Positions 1 to 12,960 are shown, counted from the first letter of the whole stretch. The stretch is DNA of 63,997 nt, filler included, from Diploschistes diacapsis (GCA_023645945.1; 5 parts of 5 records of this genome joined end to end with filler, not necessarily neighbours in it), one strand, 5' to 3'. A program made the numbers and translations. Notes: generated by a model not told the origin, from the letters alone.

Positions 1-38
1 GGGGGGGGGGGAGTAACTGCGGGCTTTGGATGTAAACA

Positions 39-1043
39 CTAAGTTGGATCTGCGTGTCTGACAGGCCCTGACACGGGTTGCATCCATGGCCAGAAGGCCC
101 AAGCGAGCGTCATTCCGAGCTTGAGCCCCGCGGTAATCCAAAGCACAGGCTCCACCCTTCCCGTCGCCTTCGATATCCACCCGCTGACGATGGAGCTAAC
201 CAAGAAAAGTAGAAACCCTGCGATGCGACGATTGCGCTTGACGTTGGCCTTGACCGGAGCCAGTATCGCTGCATCTGAGAACAGGTCGCAGAGCAGGCTC
301 GTTACCACGACCGTTGGGACTTCGTTGATGTTCATGGCTCTGCTGTTCACAATCTGACCGGCCGACTGGAAACTCAGGAGCGCGATCGGTATCAGTTCAT
401 TCCATACGACTATCTTATCCGCCTGCGCAGCAACGCGGCCGTCCACAACCCCAGTCTGAATGATAACAACAGAGACCACGATCAAGATGGTCTGCAGAAA
501 GAATGAAGTCATTAGGGTGCCGCGACGCTTGGCTGGGGGTAGCAAGGATGTGTTCAACCTCGCAAAGCAAAGAGTGCCAAGCGAATAGCAGCCAATGGAG
601 AGGAGCGAATTCGTCCAGCTGTAGGGCTTTGTACTCTGCCCCGATGCGCCAAGAGCAACGAAGATGGTGTTGCCTTCCAAGACACTCGTCAGCTGTTTTC
701 CTCGACAAGCAATTATGAGGGCAGATATGCTTTTTACCACCTACGTACCTGTTTGCATTGACACGAAAGTGCCGTACGCTTGTCCCAAGCCATCAGTCTA
801 TTACTTCCAGTCTTCTGCGGGGAGTTTACCGTTATATATGACAGTGTCGGTAAGCCCAGTAGCAATACAGGAGGCAAGAACTATCAGGTCGGTGTGGCGT
901 CCATCAACAGTGGCCTCAATATATCGCGAAATACTGGAGGTGGGCTGCGTTGCCAGCATCTTCTCGCTCGCTGGCATGGAAAGGGAAGACGAAGGCAGTT
1001 GTTGTGCTGCAGTCTTGTCCATCGGGAACGTGCTTAAGCGCAT
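39..1043 (-). CDS. DUF1275/YoaK-family multi-pass membrane protein (putative oxalate/organic acid exporter), 3 exons
   Basis: Joining ORFs 801..1079 and 39..740 through a short middle exon (GT..AG introns near 829-780 and 749-676) gives ...GLTDTVIYNAYGTFVSMQTGNTIFVALGAS...LLSFQSAGQIVNSR...VPTVVVTSLLCDLFSD...RNRRIAG, the typical fungal DUF1275 pattern with about six hydrophobic segments. Start uncertain (ATG 1043 or 1022). Confidence 0.85.
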
Positions 1044-1329
1044 GCAGTCCGTTTCAGTGGTTGGGTAAGGAATTCTCAACGTGACTGGGCCTTGTCGGCT
1101 TCCAATTTATAGCCGGGCCCTTCTTCAACTAATACGTGAAAGGGGCAGCAGTTCGTCGGACGACCGGAGACAGCCGGAGACAGCGGGCGAAGGCAAACAT
1201 ACCTACCCAGTCATATCAGAAGCCAGAGGGCTGAAGGCAGTATGGCCGTGGCAGGCAGAGATAACATTCGATATCGCAAATCTGAGAGAGGGAGGAGGGA
1301 GAGAGAGAGGAAAATGCAAGAAACACTAC

Positions 1330-2189
1330 GCCAAGAGGTTTTAAAGTGCTGCAGTCATGCCACGCCAAGACAACACGCCAAGCCAACAAAAACTATGCAG
1401 CATCATTTGATACCCAGCCAGCCCCCCCTGAGTGGTGTCTGGTGTCTGGCCGGAATGGGGAATGCAATGGAATGGATTGGTTAAGCCCGTTCTTTTCTTA
1501 GGATCCATCCTACTAGATCTTTTCGTTAAGAAATCAACCGCGCATTTCGTTGGCGCGCCAAACAGTCCCTCCATCATTCCTCCTGAGTGTGTGTGTATTG
1601 GCGTGGCAAGCTTGTGTAACCTTCCAAGCCTTTGCCCAGGGCTTAGTATATTGTATTGACGATAACGACACTTTAGTGTAGCCGGAGCAATTAATTGGTT
1701 CTCGACTTCTCACAACCCTTCAATGTCCAACTGCTGCAAGCCCAGACCGCTCGGTGATTGATGTATACAATTAGAGTGCTCCTTTGATCTTCTGAACTAA
1801 GCTTACCTTATGCAAATTGACCCACTTATCCGACTTGCCTTCAACATGTGGCAGCAGACAAGGTCGCTTTGCGTTTTGTTGGCCGCAAGTTTAGCTGCAG
1901 GCTTGCTGCTTCTTGTAGTTCTAGTATCGAGCCAAGGAACAGCAAAGCCCTGCCTGTTCGGGAGTGTTCAGGGCGACCGACATTGAATATCATCCTCTCT
2001 TAGTGTGCTTGACGGTACAATTCCGAAAATGGCAGAGCGTTGCTCGAGTAGTCGGTGAAGTCGGCCTAGGCCCTGTCAAGCTACGGTCTTGCCCATCAGC
2101 GTCTGTAAGTCGCGGCGGACAAGACTTGGGGTCTAGAATGAGCGTGCATATGCAGAATGATCTTCCTGCCTAGTTTGCACTCTGCCAAG
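1330..2189 (+). promoter_or_regulatory. Five GCCAAG (PacC/Rim101 consensus GCCARG) sites in the divergent promoter
   Basis: GCCAAG at 1330, 1364, 1377, 1931 and 2184; TATAAA at 2302 upstream of oah; TATA-like element near 1105-1111 on the minus strand upstream of the DUF1275 gene. Confidence 0.55.
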
Positions 2190-2450
2190 TGCTGCATTGC
2201 TGAATGAAGTGTGTGTGTGTGGGCGTGACAAAGGGAGAAAAGGGTGGTGTTGCTGTCTCGATGAATTGAACTAAAAAGCACTGGGCGGGAGGGCCCTCGA
2301 GTATAAAGGGGACGTAGAATCCCTTTGCCATAGGAGGAATAGCAAGGCATGCCTCTTATTGAGTTCTCCAACAACACTTACTTGCCTCTTTCACCGTCTC
2401 TTGAACCAAGAGAAGCATTCATCACACAGACCATTATTGCTCAGAAGCAA

Positions 2451-3690
2451 ATGACTCTGGCCCTTCCTTCCACTCCCACCACGACCATGTCTGTCGCCGA
2501 AACCATGATTCAATCCGAGACTATAACCAAGGCCGATCCTACCAACAAGGTACTTGACAGTATTATAAAGATCAAGGAAATCTTCGCGGACGAAAACCTC
2601 AGCATGGCTCTGTCCAAGCTCGAGTTACCTTCATCTCGAAATCCCACAGCCTACGACCCAATTGCGCTCGTCGACGCTCCCATGTCAGGCGCCGCGAAGC
2701 TGAAACGCATGCTCGAGAACGGCAATGAACTGATCGTCTGCCCCGGGGTCTACGATGGTCTGTCCGCTCGAGCAGCAATGGAAGTGGGATTCGATGCCTT
2801 ATACATGGTTTGTAACCCTCGTTCCCCCCCTACTAGAAAGAAACAAGAACGCTGACAACCTTTTGCAGACTGGAGCTGGCACAACTGCTTCGAGGCTGGG
2901 CATGGCAGACCTGGCCATAGCACAACTTCATGACATGAAGGAACATGCAGAGATGATTGCCAATTTGGATCCATTCGGTCCACCTTTGATCGCCGACATG
3001 GACACTGGCTATGGCGGTAAGGCCTCAGGATCCGAGCTCACAGTACAGAACTGATTTTTGTCTGCAGGCCCCATCATGGTCGCCAACTCCGTCGCCCAAT
3101 ATATCCGTGCCGGGGTCGCCGGCTTCCACATCGAGGACCAGATCCAGAACAAGCGCTGCGGGCATCTGCAGGGCAAGAAAGTGGTACCCGCCGACGAGTT
3201 CTACCAGCGCATCAGGGCCGCAAAGGGCGCCAAAAATCGACTCCGATCGGACATTGTTCTGATCGCTCGGACTGATGCACTCCAGTCGCTCGGCTACGAA
3301 GAATGCATCAAGCGGCTCAAGGTAGCGAGAGAAATCGGCGCCGACGTCGGCCTCCTCGAGGGTTTCACGTCCAAGGAGATGGCAAAGCAGGCCGTCCAAG
3401 ACCTCGCTCCTTGGCCATTGCTGCTGAACATGGTGGAGAACGGAGCATCGCCCATCATCACCACGGCTGAAGCGAAAGAGATGGGCTTTAGGATCATGAT
3501 ATTTTCCTTCGCATCGATTGCTCCCGCGTACGTGGCCATTCGAGATTCACTCCAAAGGTTGAAGAAGGAGGGGATCGTTGGCACCAGCAAGGACTTGACT
3601 CCTCGCAAGCTCTTTGAAGTCTGCGGCTTGAAGGACTCAATGATGATCGATATCGAAGCCGGAGGGATGGCTTTTGCAGACGGGGTGTAG
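2451..3690 (+). CDS. oahA: Oxaloacetate acetylhydrolase (isocitrate lyase/PEP mutase superfamily), 3 exons
   Basis: Introns 2808-2868 and 3017-3067. Spliced motifs CPGVYDGLSAR, YMTGAGTTASRLG, ADMDTGYGG, HIEDQ..KRCGH, ARTDA, NMVENG and MIFSFA (Ser here distinguishes OAH from dimethylmalate lyase, which has Pro). Start could be 2451 or 2487. Confidence 0.9.
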
Positions 3691-4875
3691 GCAGAGCTCA
3701 GGGTTTGATTTGCGGCTGCTCTTGGTGTGACCTGTATCACTTTGCATGGAACATAACGCATTTGCATAGGGGTTCGGGGGTGTTCTAAGATTCTAGACAA
3801 TGATTTTTAGTATATATAGTTCCAAGCATATCGACACAGAAGCTAGAGGATCCTAATGTTATCGCTGCGGCTTCACGCCTTCAAACTCCCTTTTTCTTGC
3901 CCTCTTCGGCGGATTGAGTTCTGTGAGAGATGTGTCCGGCGTAGTGCCTTGGCTGGAAACCGCTTTTGTCAGTCAAAAATTCCTGGTCCGCGATTGGTTG
4001 TAAGGGTGGAATATTCCCTAGCGTGGGACTGGAGCCTTTTCCGATTGCACGAAGCGTTTGAAATCCCGGGCAAAGCGGTAATGCATCAAGTCAATTCATG
4101 AACTCTCTGCTTAGGGGCTGCGCTTAAATCTCGGTAAACCTTCAGGATGAATTGATACGGTTTCCATTTGCCAGCCCCTCATCAGCTAATCGCCCCCAGC
4201 AATGTATGTCGTAGCTTGTTCCATCAATGACAGGGGTAGGAGCCGAAGATTCTCACCATTTGAGGGTCGAGTGATGTAGAGAAGGCTAAAATAGTACTGT
4301 TGAGGGCATCCTGACGATCGGCAAGTATGTGGAGGATCACAAATGAACGAACGGCTATTGCCAGGCTATGAACATTTGGTCGATCAGTAACGTTTAGTGC
4401 TGCTACTTCGCCGCTTTTCACGTCGCAAGTGAAGACGGGAACTTGGTCTGTTGCAACTGAGTGTCCATGAGCAGGATTGTGTGGCGATCGAAGGCTTTAC
4501 ATTAACCCTCGATGGCCTATCTGCAGTGGAATATGTTGCTGTTTAACGCTCTGTTCCTAATTTGTTAACAACACTTCCTCAGGGAAGTAAGTATCATATG
4601 ATGAAATGAGCGGGAGCGACCATGGGTGCTTTGATATCCACATTTCTGTGGTTGCCCAGTATCTGTCTGAGCTGCTCGGATCGCGATAACTGACCAGGGA
4701 TGAAGGCACTTAAGCGGGGGGTTTGAGATGCTCAATCGGAGGAGTATCGATGCTTAAGTACGGTGCGCGGTACACGTGTGGTCAAAAAAAGAATGGACCG
4801 CGCCCGGGTACGGCCGCCGGCAATTATTGACGTTAGTGTTCACTGGAGAAGCAAGCGCGCGACTCCCTATCACTA

Positions 4876-5688
4876 TTACTTATGATAAATGATTTCTCCA
4901 CTAGGGAGCACAATAAGCGCATCCTTCGCAGTCGACCACTCTCGCCACACAAGCGAGATGCGCTCGAGTTCCGAATGCGGCGCCAGCCCATGCTGGCGAA
5001 CCGTGTCCGCGAAGCTAGAATGCAACGCGCGATCAACCCACGACTCAGCAAACTGTGCCGCTCTGCTCCCCACATACCGCCATGAAGTCCAAGATGCCTG
5101 GATACTCCCTGGGTCGAACCCGGCTTTCCGAGCCCATACATGCAGATGGCGGCCTGCGTTCGGCTCGCCCTTGCTGGCTCTAGCAGCCGATTGATACAAG
5201 TCCGCCCATTGCTGGATCCCATCGAACTCGGGATACCAGGCGAAGGATTTGTAGTCGGCTTCGCGAGCGGCTACGATTCCGCCTGGCTTGGCGACGCGGA
5301 GCATCTCCTTGAGTATGCCCACGGGGTCCTGCACGTGCTGGAGGACCTGGTGGCAGAAGACGACGTCGAAGTGGTCGTCTGAGTACTGCAAGTCGTTGGC
5401 GTCCAGAATGATGAACTTGGCGTTTGTGAGGTTTCTCGATTTTGCAAGCGCTCGAGCCTGTGACAGGACGGTCTCGACCACATCGCCTCCTTCGACTCGT
5501 CCATGTGGCACCAGGGCGGCGAGATCGAGGGTGATGGTTCCAGTCCCGCATCCGATGTCTAGGATCGAGAAGTTTGGCTGGATGTGAGGGATGAGGAAGG
5601 CGGCAGAATCCTGAGCCGTGCGCCTAGAGTGGTCTTGAGTGACGGACTTGTGATGGCCATGGAGGTATACGGCGGCTTCTTTACTCAT
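4876..5688 (-). CDS. Class I SAM-dependent methyltransferase (UbiE/COQ5-like)
   Basis: Intronless 270-aa ORF with ILDIGCGTGTIT motif I, FDVVFCHQVLQH and LRVAKPGG. Confidence 0.9.
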   Translation of the reverse strand: MSKEAAVYLHGHHKSVTQDHSRRTAQDSAAFLIPHIQPNFSILDIGCGTGTITLDLAALVPHGRVEGGDVVETVLSQARALAKSRNLTNAKFIILDANDLQYSDDHFDVVFCHQVLQHVQDPVGILKEMLRVAKPGGIVAAREADYKSFAWYPEFDGIQQWADLYQSAARASKGEPNAGRHLHVWARKAGFDPGSIQASWTSWRYVGSRAAQFAESWVDRALHSSFADTVRQHGLAPHSELERISLVWREWSTAKDALIVLPSGEIIYHK

Positions 5689-6099
5689 ACTGCCTAGTTA
5701 TGTGTATCTGTTCCTTGCTGCAAGCCTCGAGTAGTCCAGTGTAACCCCCTTATATACTTAGCAGTCTTTTCCTAGACAGGACAAATTAGAGGATGACTAA
5801 CGCTCCGACATCGGCGCTGCGAGACATTGCTAAGAGGTTGAGCAACTGAGCTATCGAAGAAAATAAAGCCAATAATGAGAAAGTGTTCCCATGCAAATCT
5901 GCAACAATTGGTGACTTCCACGCTCGGAACAGCTTTACCATAGCAGATAGTACGGGCGTTCGGATGTGTGGTAAAGCGCAACATGAGGGCATTGAAGGTC
6001 TTACCATGAGATATCCCGCTGGAACAAACGCACTTAACAGCACTAAAAGATATTCTGTGTATTTTATGATGCGAGAAGAGTTGGATTGCTTCCGACTCG

Positions 6100-8822
6100 G
6101 TAAGAAGTACGGAAAGATCCAGGCCCAGCCTCAATAACGGCAGCAAAGCAAGTTTTCATTTTGCATAGCGTCGACCCCGGCGCAAGAATTATCGGGACGC
6201 ACCGCAGCCCGCCAGCTCCTACTACAAGGCTACTAGTTCTTAATACATATAAATCGGATGGCAAAGGACATCCAATGCTCGCTGGAATGGTACAGCAAGC
6301 AGAATATGAACAAATCGTGAAGGACTGATAGATCAAGCTCATAGTAAGACTATCGCTGGCCTTTACTAACTTAATGAAAGTGTCGAAACTACTTAGCAGC
6401 AAATGTAACAGCCGACCGATGCGCACGGTTCAATGTCGTTGACAGGAACTTGACACCCCCAATACGGGTAACCTTGCAGCTTAATGTGCTTCAGAGCAAC
6501 CTGTGTTTTAGCAGGAGCTTCTTCAAACATCGTTCTCACTGCATCAGCGTTTCCAAGAGCGACTGTACATTCAAGCGCGGTGGTGTGCTCCATATCAGAC
6601 TGCGGCGGCGAGGCTCCAAGACACAAGAGTATTTTGGTTGCACCAAGCGACACTTCTGGCAGCTAAAACTAGAGTCATGATCGCAGCACGCGGGGTTGCG
6701 TCGAAATCATTCATGAGCTTGGTAGGTAAGAGAATCTCGGCTCCAAACTTGCCGGTTAGTATTTTGATCAACTCCAAGTGACCACCTAGGATGCACAAAT
6801 GGAGAGGCGATACTGGCGAATCCCAGGCAAGCACGTTAGATGTCGGGCTTAGTCATCTTTGACTACCTGCTCTGCGTCCACCGTATGGCTTGGTTGCCGC
6901 AAGATTGCTAGGGGACTGGGAGCCTGAGTTTTTGTAGACTCGGCACGTTTCGTGATATCATTCCTTTCGGCTTCCGCTTCTTCGTTAGCCTCAGACTTTT
7001 CGAGCAGTATTTCGACGATCTCTGCGTTTCCACGTACGCAGGCAAGGTGCAACGCTGTCATGCCATCCGTTAGACGAGCGACGATTCGAGCACCCCGCGT
7101 TGACCAGACACTTCACAACACTCAGAGATGCCACCTGGCACGCCAGATGTAACGGAGTCCTTTCCGTATAATCGCGCCTGTTCAGATTTATGTCTGAGAC
7201 AGATGTTGACCATTGCTCAACATAGGCAAGATCACCATTGACGATGGCCTGGCAGAGTGCTTCGGTGTTGCCAATGTAGGCCTGGTCAGTTCAATCCTCG
7301 CTGGTAAGAGTGTTAAAAAAGCCAATAGTTCTGCCTGCCCGGATCATTCACCATGAATTCTAGGTCTCCTTTGGCATAGATCTAGTTCTCTTCTGCGGCA
7401 GCTTCTCGTTCTCCGTCCCCAGAAGGCCCCGGGCAGTTTGTGCGGCAGTCTCTGACTACATACTCAGCCTCTCCGATGAAGGTTGACTGCTCGGTCCGGC
7501 TCAACGTTCCATTCAGCGTTGAGTAGCATATCCTTTGTGAAAAGTAGCTTTTCGATTTTCTGGGCGGTAAAACGCGGCCCGTAGGGAATTGCGAAGGAAT
7601 GGTAGTTGGACATGTCGTCCTCAAAGTCCAATTCCGCGACATCCTCAGGATCCTTGTCTTTGAAGTTACCATGCACCTTGCTGCCCCATTGATTGCGGCC
7701 ATACATGTCTATGGTGAGTTCTGCCACGCTCTTCACGACGCTGATTAAGGTACTCGTCCCTGTTTGATTCCTTGGGTAATCTCTCCAGCACTAATAGCTT
7801 GGCCAAGCCTTGCACACGTGCAAAAGACCGCTCAAATATTGTTGTATGAGTACGATCGCGCTCCGGGTCAGACCAGAGTGCCTCGAAACCCCGTCATCCA
7901 TGCTTGCTGAGTCAACCCTCACAACTCGGAGACCTCCTCGATAAGTCTATAGTGTTGCATTGGCTCATGAATGCGGCAACCCCACGAGGCGTGCCATATA
8001 CTTGGCTTCCATACGCAAAGCAGCTTTAGTCGACACTGTATCCAAATTAGATACCCTCAAAAGGAAATAGTCAGGTAACAGACTCGAAGCCGGTGAGAAT
8101 CTCCGAAACAGAATTGTAGAGACGCAAAACGATCTGCACATGACGCGTCAGGCATTGAGAGGCAATAGTTATGGCTTTCATTGAATTAGCGCATATTGTA
8201 CCTTCAGTGGTTCAAGTCCTACTGTACCTATGAACAATGACCGTTGTCTCTGCCAAAATGGAATCTCATACAAAGCGTTCAATCGGTTCGATGGCCGCAT
8301 TTCATTAAGACCCTAAATGAAGATATTGACGTCGCTCCAGGGTGTCAGCTTCTCGTGGTAGTAGTGTCGCAATGATTTCTTGGACTGACCGTGGGACCGG
8401 CAAGAGCGCTGTGAAAACAGCCGAGCCAGCCACCACGACGTTTTTCCAATCTGAATCGTCCAAGATATGATTCGGATAAGATGTCAAAATTCTTTTTAAA
8501 CGCGGTTAGGCTCAGAACAACAGCCAGACTCCCTTCTGCCTTACGATCATCCTCCAACGGCATAGTGTACTTCTCCTTGAGCGATTCATCCCCTAAGTCG
8601 TGGGCTCGGACTCGGACGTCACACTTGTCTCCATCGAAAACCGGGACAACGTTGACATGGGGGTCCTGAACCATTGGGTGATCTCTGATTTGAGCAAGCA
8701 ACTCACGCAGCCTCATACACATTGAAGTGAGCAACAAGGTCAGTCAAAAATTTGGTTGGGTTCTTCTTGGGGTACGCAATGAATTGATCATGAGAAGCTG
8801 GAAGATCTGGAAGGGGGGCCAT
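6100..8822 (-). pseudogene. Decayed large ankyrin-repeat protein with N-terminal nucleotidyltransferase-like region
   Basis: Colinear fragments in changing frames with stops: MAPLPDLPASHDQFIAY (ATG 8822), DWKNVVVAGSAVFTALLPVP, SDVNIFI*GL, FAIPYGPRFTAQKIEKLLFTKDMLLNAEWN, MTALHLACVRGNAEIVEILL, SPLHLCILGGHLELIKIL. 3' boundary approximate. Confidence 0.75.
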
Positions 8823-9473
8823 AATGACTTCTACAGAGCAATGAGCTCGTATGTCAAGTGCCGTATAAGGTGGCAGGAGTTGTACTCCTGTAGGAGTAGA
8901 AAGAGATTCGAGCTTTGTGAGCTTATTCAAGAGACGGAGAACGACTCTGCTCTTTATACTTCACATTGGGTATATCGAATCAGGCCATTAAGAGAAGATT
9001 TTGATATTGTAACCGGCTATCCAGGCAGCAGTACGTTAGACACGCGTCGTCACGTGATTCTCGCTTGGCAGATCAATCTTATGGACAAGCTAGCAGTGAT
9101 CCTTCATCAAGATCAGCGATGGCTACGTAGGCACGCCGTGCATTATGGGTCTGCGGTGGTCTGAAAAGACTGGAATCGAGCAGGTTGGAGATAATTCAAG
9201 CCAGGCAGCCGAAGGATGAAAACATAGAGCCCTTCAGTTGAAGTCCCTGCCCGAGTCCGAGATCCAGCCGAAAATACTAAGCCATAAGTGGATGGTTTAG
9301 CGAGCCGGAGGGGGGCGATGACGGGCGCGTGCGCTACTGATCTCCTTGTTATCAGCCAAATTCTTTGACAGCATTGGTATCACATCCCCTCAAAATGTGA
9401 CCTACTCCAGTGCACCTCCCTTATCTCATATAACTGCACTGCGCGAGTCGCGACTGATGACTGTGCTGCATTA

Positions 9474-11402
9474 ATGGCCACAGAACCAGAACCATGGCAG
9501 CCGCAAACTGTCACAAACAAAAGCCACGGTGCAATGAACGAACCTGGAAAGCACCACCAGACATTGGAGAGATATACTGACCCCAAGATGCTTACTTTGT
9601 CACCATCGCCTATGCTCCTGGAGCCTTGTAAGGCGGCGAAAGACGACAGCGCTCTCTCGACGCCAACTACCCCCAGACGACCAAATGTTTCGAGAGGGCT
9701 GTCTTTACAATTGCCAAAGCAAGACGTGACGAGTCCGAGCGCAGCGAAGCTCACGCACAATCTCATGATACCAGCTCCACTATCTCCGCAACTCGATCCA
9801 TCGACCTCATTCGGATCAACCATCTCACCTTCGGTCCTGCCCCGACGTTCTCGAGGTTTGGATTTTTCAAGAGCTTGTACTCATCTGCATCACTCGACGC
9901 TTGCAGACCAGTCTTCTCCCGACTCCTCGCCGGTAATAGGTGGCAAGGGCGTCAACATTCCCCGCAGAGGGGGTTCAGGCGCGGACTCGCCCATGTATGC
10001 GGGAAATTTATGGTCAACGATGAGTTCGGAGAAAGTTATGTCGAGCTCCATGGGAAGCGTCAATATGATGGAATCGGGGGAGTCAACTGATTCGGATGAG
10101 GATATGCTCAGGGGCGGTGAAGAGGAAGACACTATCCACATGACACCACAGCCCTACAGGGCAAGCTTTTCAGTGTTCAGTCAAGCAGCGGCTCCCAGTC
10201 CAGGCTTCGACCCGTTGAATAGTTTTTCGCCGACGGCTGTAAACCTCATGAGTTTCAAGCGCAGGTCACGGAGTAGTCGCACACGGGACATGCGCAAAGG
10301 GTCAAGCAGCACCAGTCTTCAGAGCTCCTTGCCTAGTCCTGGGCCTCTTTCACCACCCCTTAGGAGCGTAGAACACTCTGGGAACAACTATTTCGCTAAG
10401 GACATAGAACAGAAGAGCGTAGAGTCGCGAAGGGAGTCTCTCAGCCTGGGCACAAACGAGCTACGCATTTCAGACACAGTCGACGGGGACGGCAGGCTCG
10501 CACGGAATGGCTCTTACGATGCATTGGGCCTTCCAAATCCTCAAGTGGTGAGGCGAGCAGTCACACGAAGGAGCAACATGCTCGTGAGTTTAGACAATAA
10601 TAGACGTGATTGAACGTGACATTAACTTTTCCAGCCTAAGCCAAAGACCTTTGCCCGAATACGTGCCGCTTTGCGGGAAGAGATATCGCCCGTTGACACT
10701 GAATGCCGCCGTGAGGCAGAAGTGATCCGCCAAGTCCGCGAGAGCGAGCCTAGCCCCGCGGAACACAATGCCGGTTCCTTGCAGAGCATGACCGGTGCTT
10801 CATTCCCTGCACCGGCGGAGGCACTCGAAGAGCTCAGCGAAATCATCAACAAAAACACCTCGAGACATCCGTCTTCAACTTTCACACAACAGGCCGTAAA
10901 AAACTCTGGAGGCTCCGAGTTCTGGAACAATTTCGATGAGAGGATCAGAACACCGCCACCTCCGTTTCCACTCAGAACAAACTCTACAATCAGCGACGAT
11001 ATAGCAATGGAGACACCTACATCAACGACGGCGCCAAGCGTCCCGCTGTTTCCGGCTGGCGCTTACAACTCCTCCCCATCCCGTTCCGCAACGCCGCAGC
11101 CGGCCGCCACGGTAGGTGAATATACGCGCAAAACGCTAGGCAAGCGCCGCCGCGACGACGACTTTGACCCAGCATTATTCAAGCGCCGTGCCGTTTCTCC
11201 GGGCCTCAGTCTTCAGAACAGTCCCCTCCTACCCCCTTCTCCAGCACAGCGCGAGGGCGCCTGGTGGCAGACAAAGGCACATAGGGAGAGCTCAGCCAGC
11301 AGTAACAGCAATAGCATCTCTAATGGCACTGTCGGAAAGAGAATAGGGATGCAGGGTATGAATGACACGCATGACAGCTTAATGAACATGAGCATCGAGT
11401 GA
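9474..11402 (+). CDS. Conserved fungal Ser/Pro-rich, probably disordered protein of unknown function, 2 exons
   Basis: ORFs 9474..10613 and 10671..11402 join through intron 10584-10634 (GTGAGT...CCAG) giving RRSNML-PKPKTFARIRAAL; conserved-looking blocks PRRSRGLDFSRACTHLHHSTL, FKRRAVSPG. Confidence 0.8.
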
Positions 11403-11755
11403 ATAGGAATAGTAATGGTTGGTCAGAGTTGGCTTTGGCGTAGGAGGATGATTTTTTGTGATATGTGATACCCTTGGGACACTGTACTGCGTTGTTGTAG
11501 AAATTACATTGTAATTTTGGAGTTCGCCGAAGGGGCTAAGAGTCTCTGCATCATGCTTGGTTTAATAATGAAACTCAACTCCTGTTAACTAACTAAGTTA
11601 ACTTTTGTGTCGAATGTGTATAAGCCGTAACCGAGGCTCATTCCTTCGACGTCATCAACCGACCTTCTTTCCAGTTATTACGATTCACCAAGAACTTCTA
11701 CACATTTACACTCTCCTGACAATTGATCCTATTTCTTTGACGACACTGATCCAAA

Positions 11756-12262
11756 ATGCGAGTCTCGGTTCGTTCGCTAGCGATCCCCTCCGCGCCTCCC
11801 CCCAGCTCTTCTCTGCGATCTGCACCACTTGCTCTCCTTCCGCCCATTCCACTTTACAGGCGGCTACTTCGAGCCCACCGCAAGTACCTGCCAAAGGAGA
11901 TGCGCCTTTTAGGCGACGAGTATATCAAGAGTGAATTCCGATCCCACCGGAACGTTGAGAATCCTATGCATATTGTATGCGTGTTTGATTGTTACCGTTT
12001 GATGCATGTGTCGTAGGTTTTGGCTAACGCTTGTAGATCGGCTTTCTGACAGAGTGGCAAATGTATGCTCAAAAAATAGAAGGCAATGCGTGGAAAGGAG
12101 ATAAGCTGGACAGGGGAAAGATTGATAAGATGAGCGGTTTGTTAGCCCTGTGATTCTAGAAGAGCTACGCTGATGATAGTGATAGATCAGCAACTCGGCC
12201 AACTGTATGAGCTGATGCAGACAATTCAAAGAAGAGAAGACGGAGGCGAAGGAGAAACTTAA
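11756..12262 (+). CDS. SDH7: Succinate dehydrogenase assembly factor 3 (ACN9/Sdh7, LYR-motif protein), 3 exons
   Basis: [33 protein letters not shown]; introns 11975-12036 and 12137-12185 give [12 protein letters not shown] and [12 protein letters not shown]-terminal mitochondrial-type presequence. Confidence 0.9.
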
Positions 12263-12960
12263 AGAAAGCTCGAGACAGAGGTTGTTGGGCCGTGATCGCT
12301 CTTTACAGGCGCCAGCGTTAAACAGCCATCGAATATGACGAGACTCACCCCACAGAGTCAACCATATGGCCGTGGGCATGACTCTATACTCCGACTCTTT
12401 CGTCCCTGAACAAAGCATTATGTATGGCCTGGGCCTCTACTCACCTTGGTTACTCAAGCCCGAATGGCTGTCGATGCGTCAAAGTAGTGGTTGAGAAGAC
12501 CGAGGATTACGGTCACAAACCACAGAGCCTCACCATCGAGGAACGATCGCACGGACTATTGAACTCTCTACACAGCGCAGGAATCCAACTTTCCAGCAAT
12601 CTGCGTTCCAGGAACCGAAATCCTAGGTGTCTCCAAATCCTCGACCCTCTCTCGGCTCTAGATTCTTCAACTTCTTGTTGACAGGGAACAATCTCTAAGA
12701 CCGAGGCCATCTTCTTGTCCTCGGGGTCCCTGAGTCCATTGCTCACGTTAAGCTCCGCACGTCAGCATACCACGAGACGATCTCGATTCCCCACTATCTT
12801 CTTTTTCCACACCAACGCCTTCTAACCATCTGAACATCCCACCTCGCACACTCTCCCCTTTCACCTTTACGCCTTCCGTCTTTCGCCCCACGATCCCCAT
12901 CCTCCGGCCCCTCCCGACTCTTATCCACTCGCCATCAACCCAACATAGCAAAACTACAAA

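Noticed and set aside
1..11. Poly-G as telomere or G-quadruplex
   Set aside because: No TTAGGG repeats; G runs coincide with contig ends, typical of assembly breaks.
39..8822. Secondary-metabolite cluster (transporter, OAH, methyltransferase, ankyrin)
   Set aside because: No backbone synthase; methyltransferase is convergent and generic; ankyrin gene is decayed.
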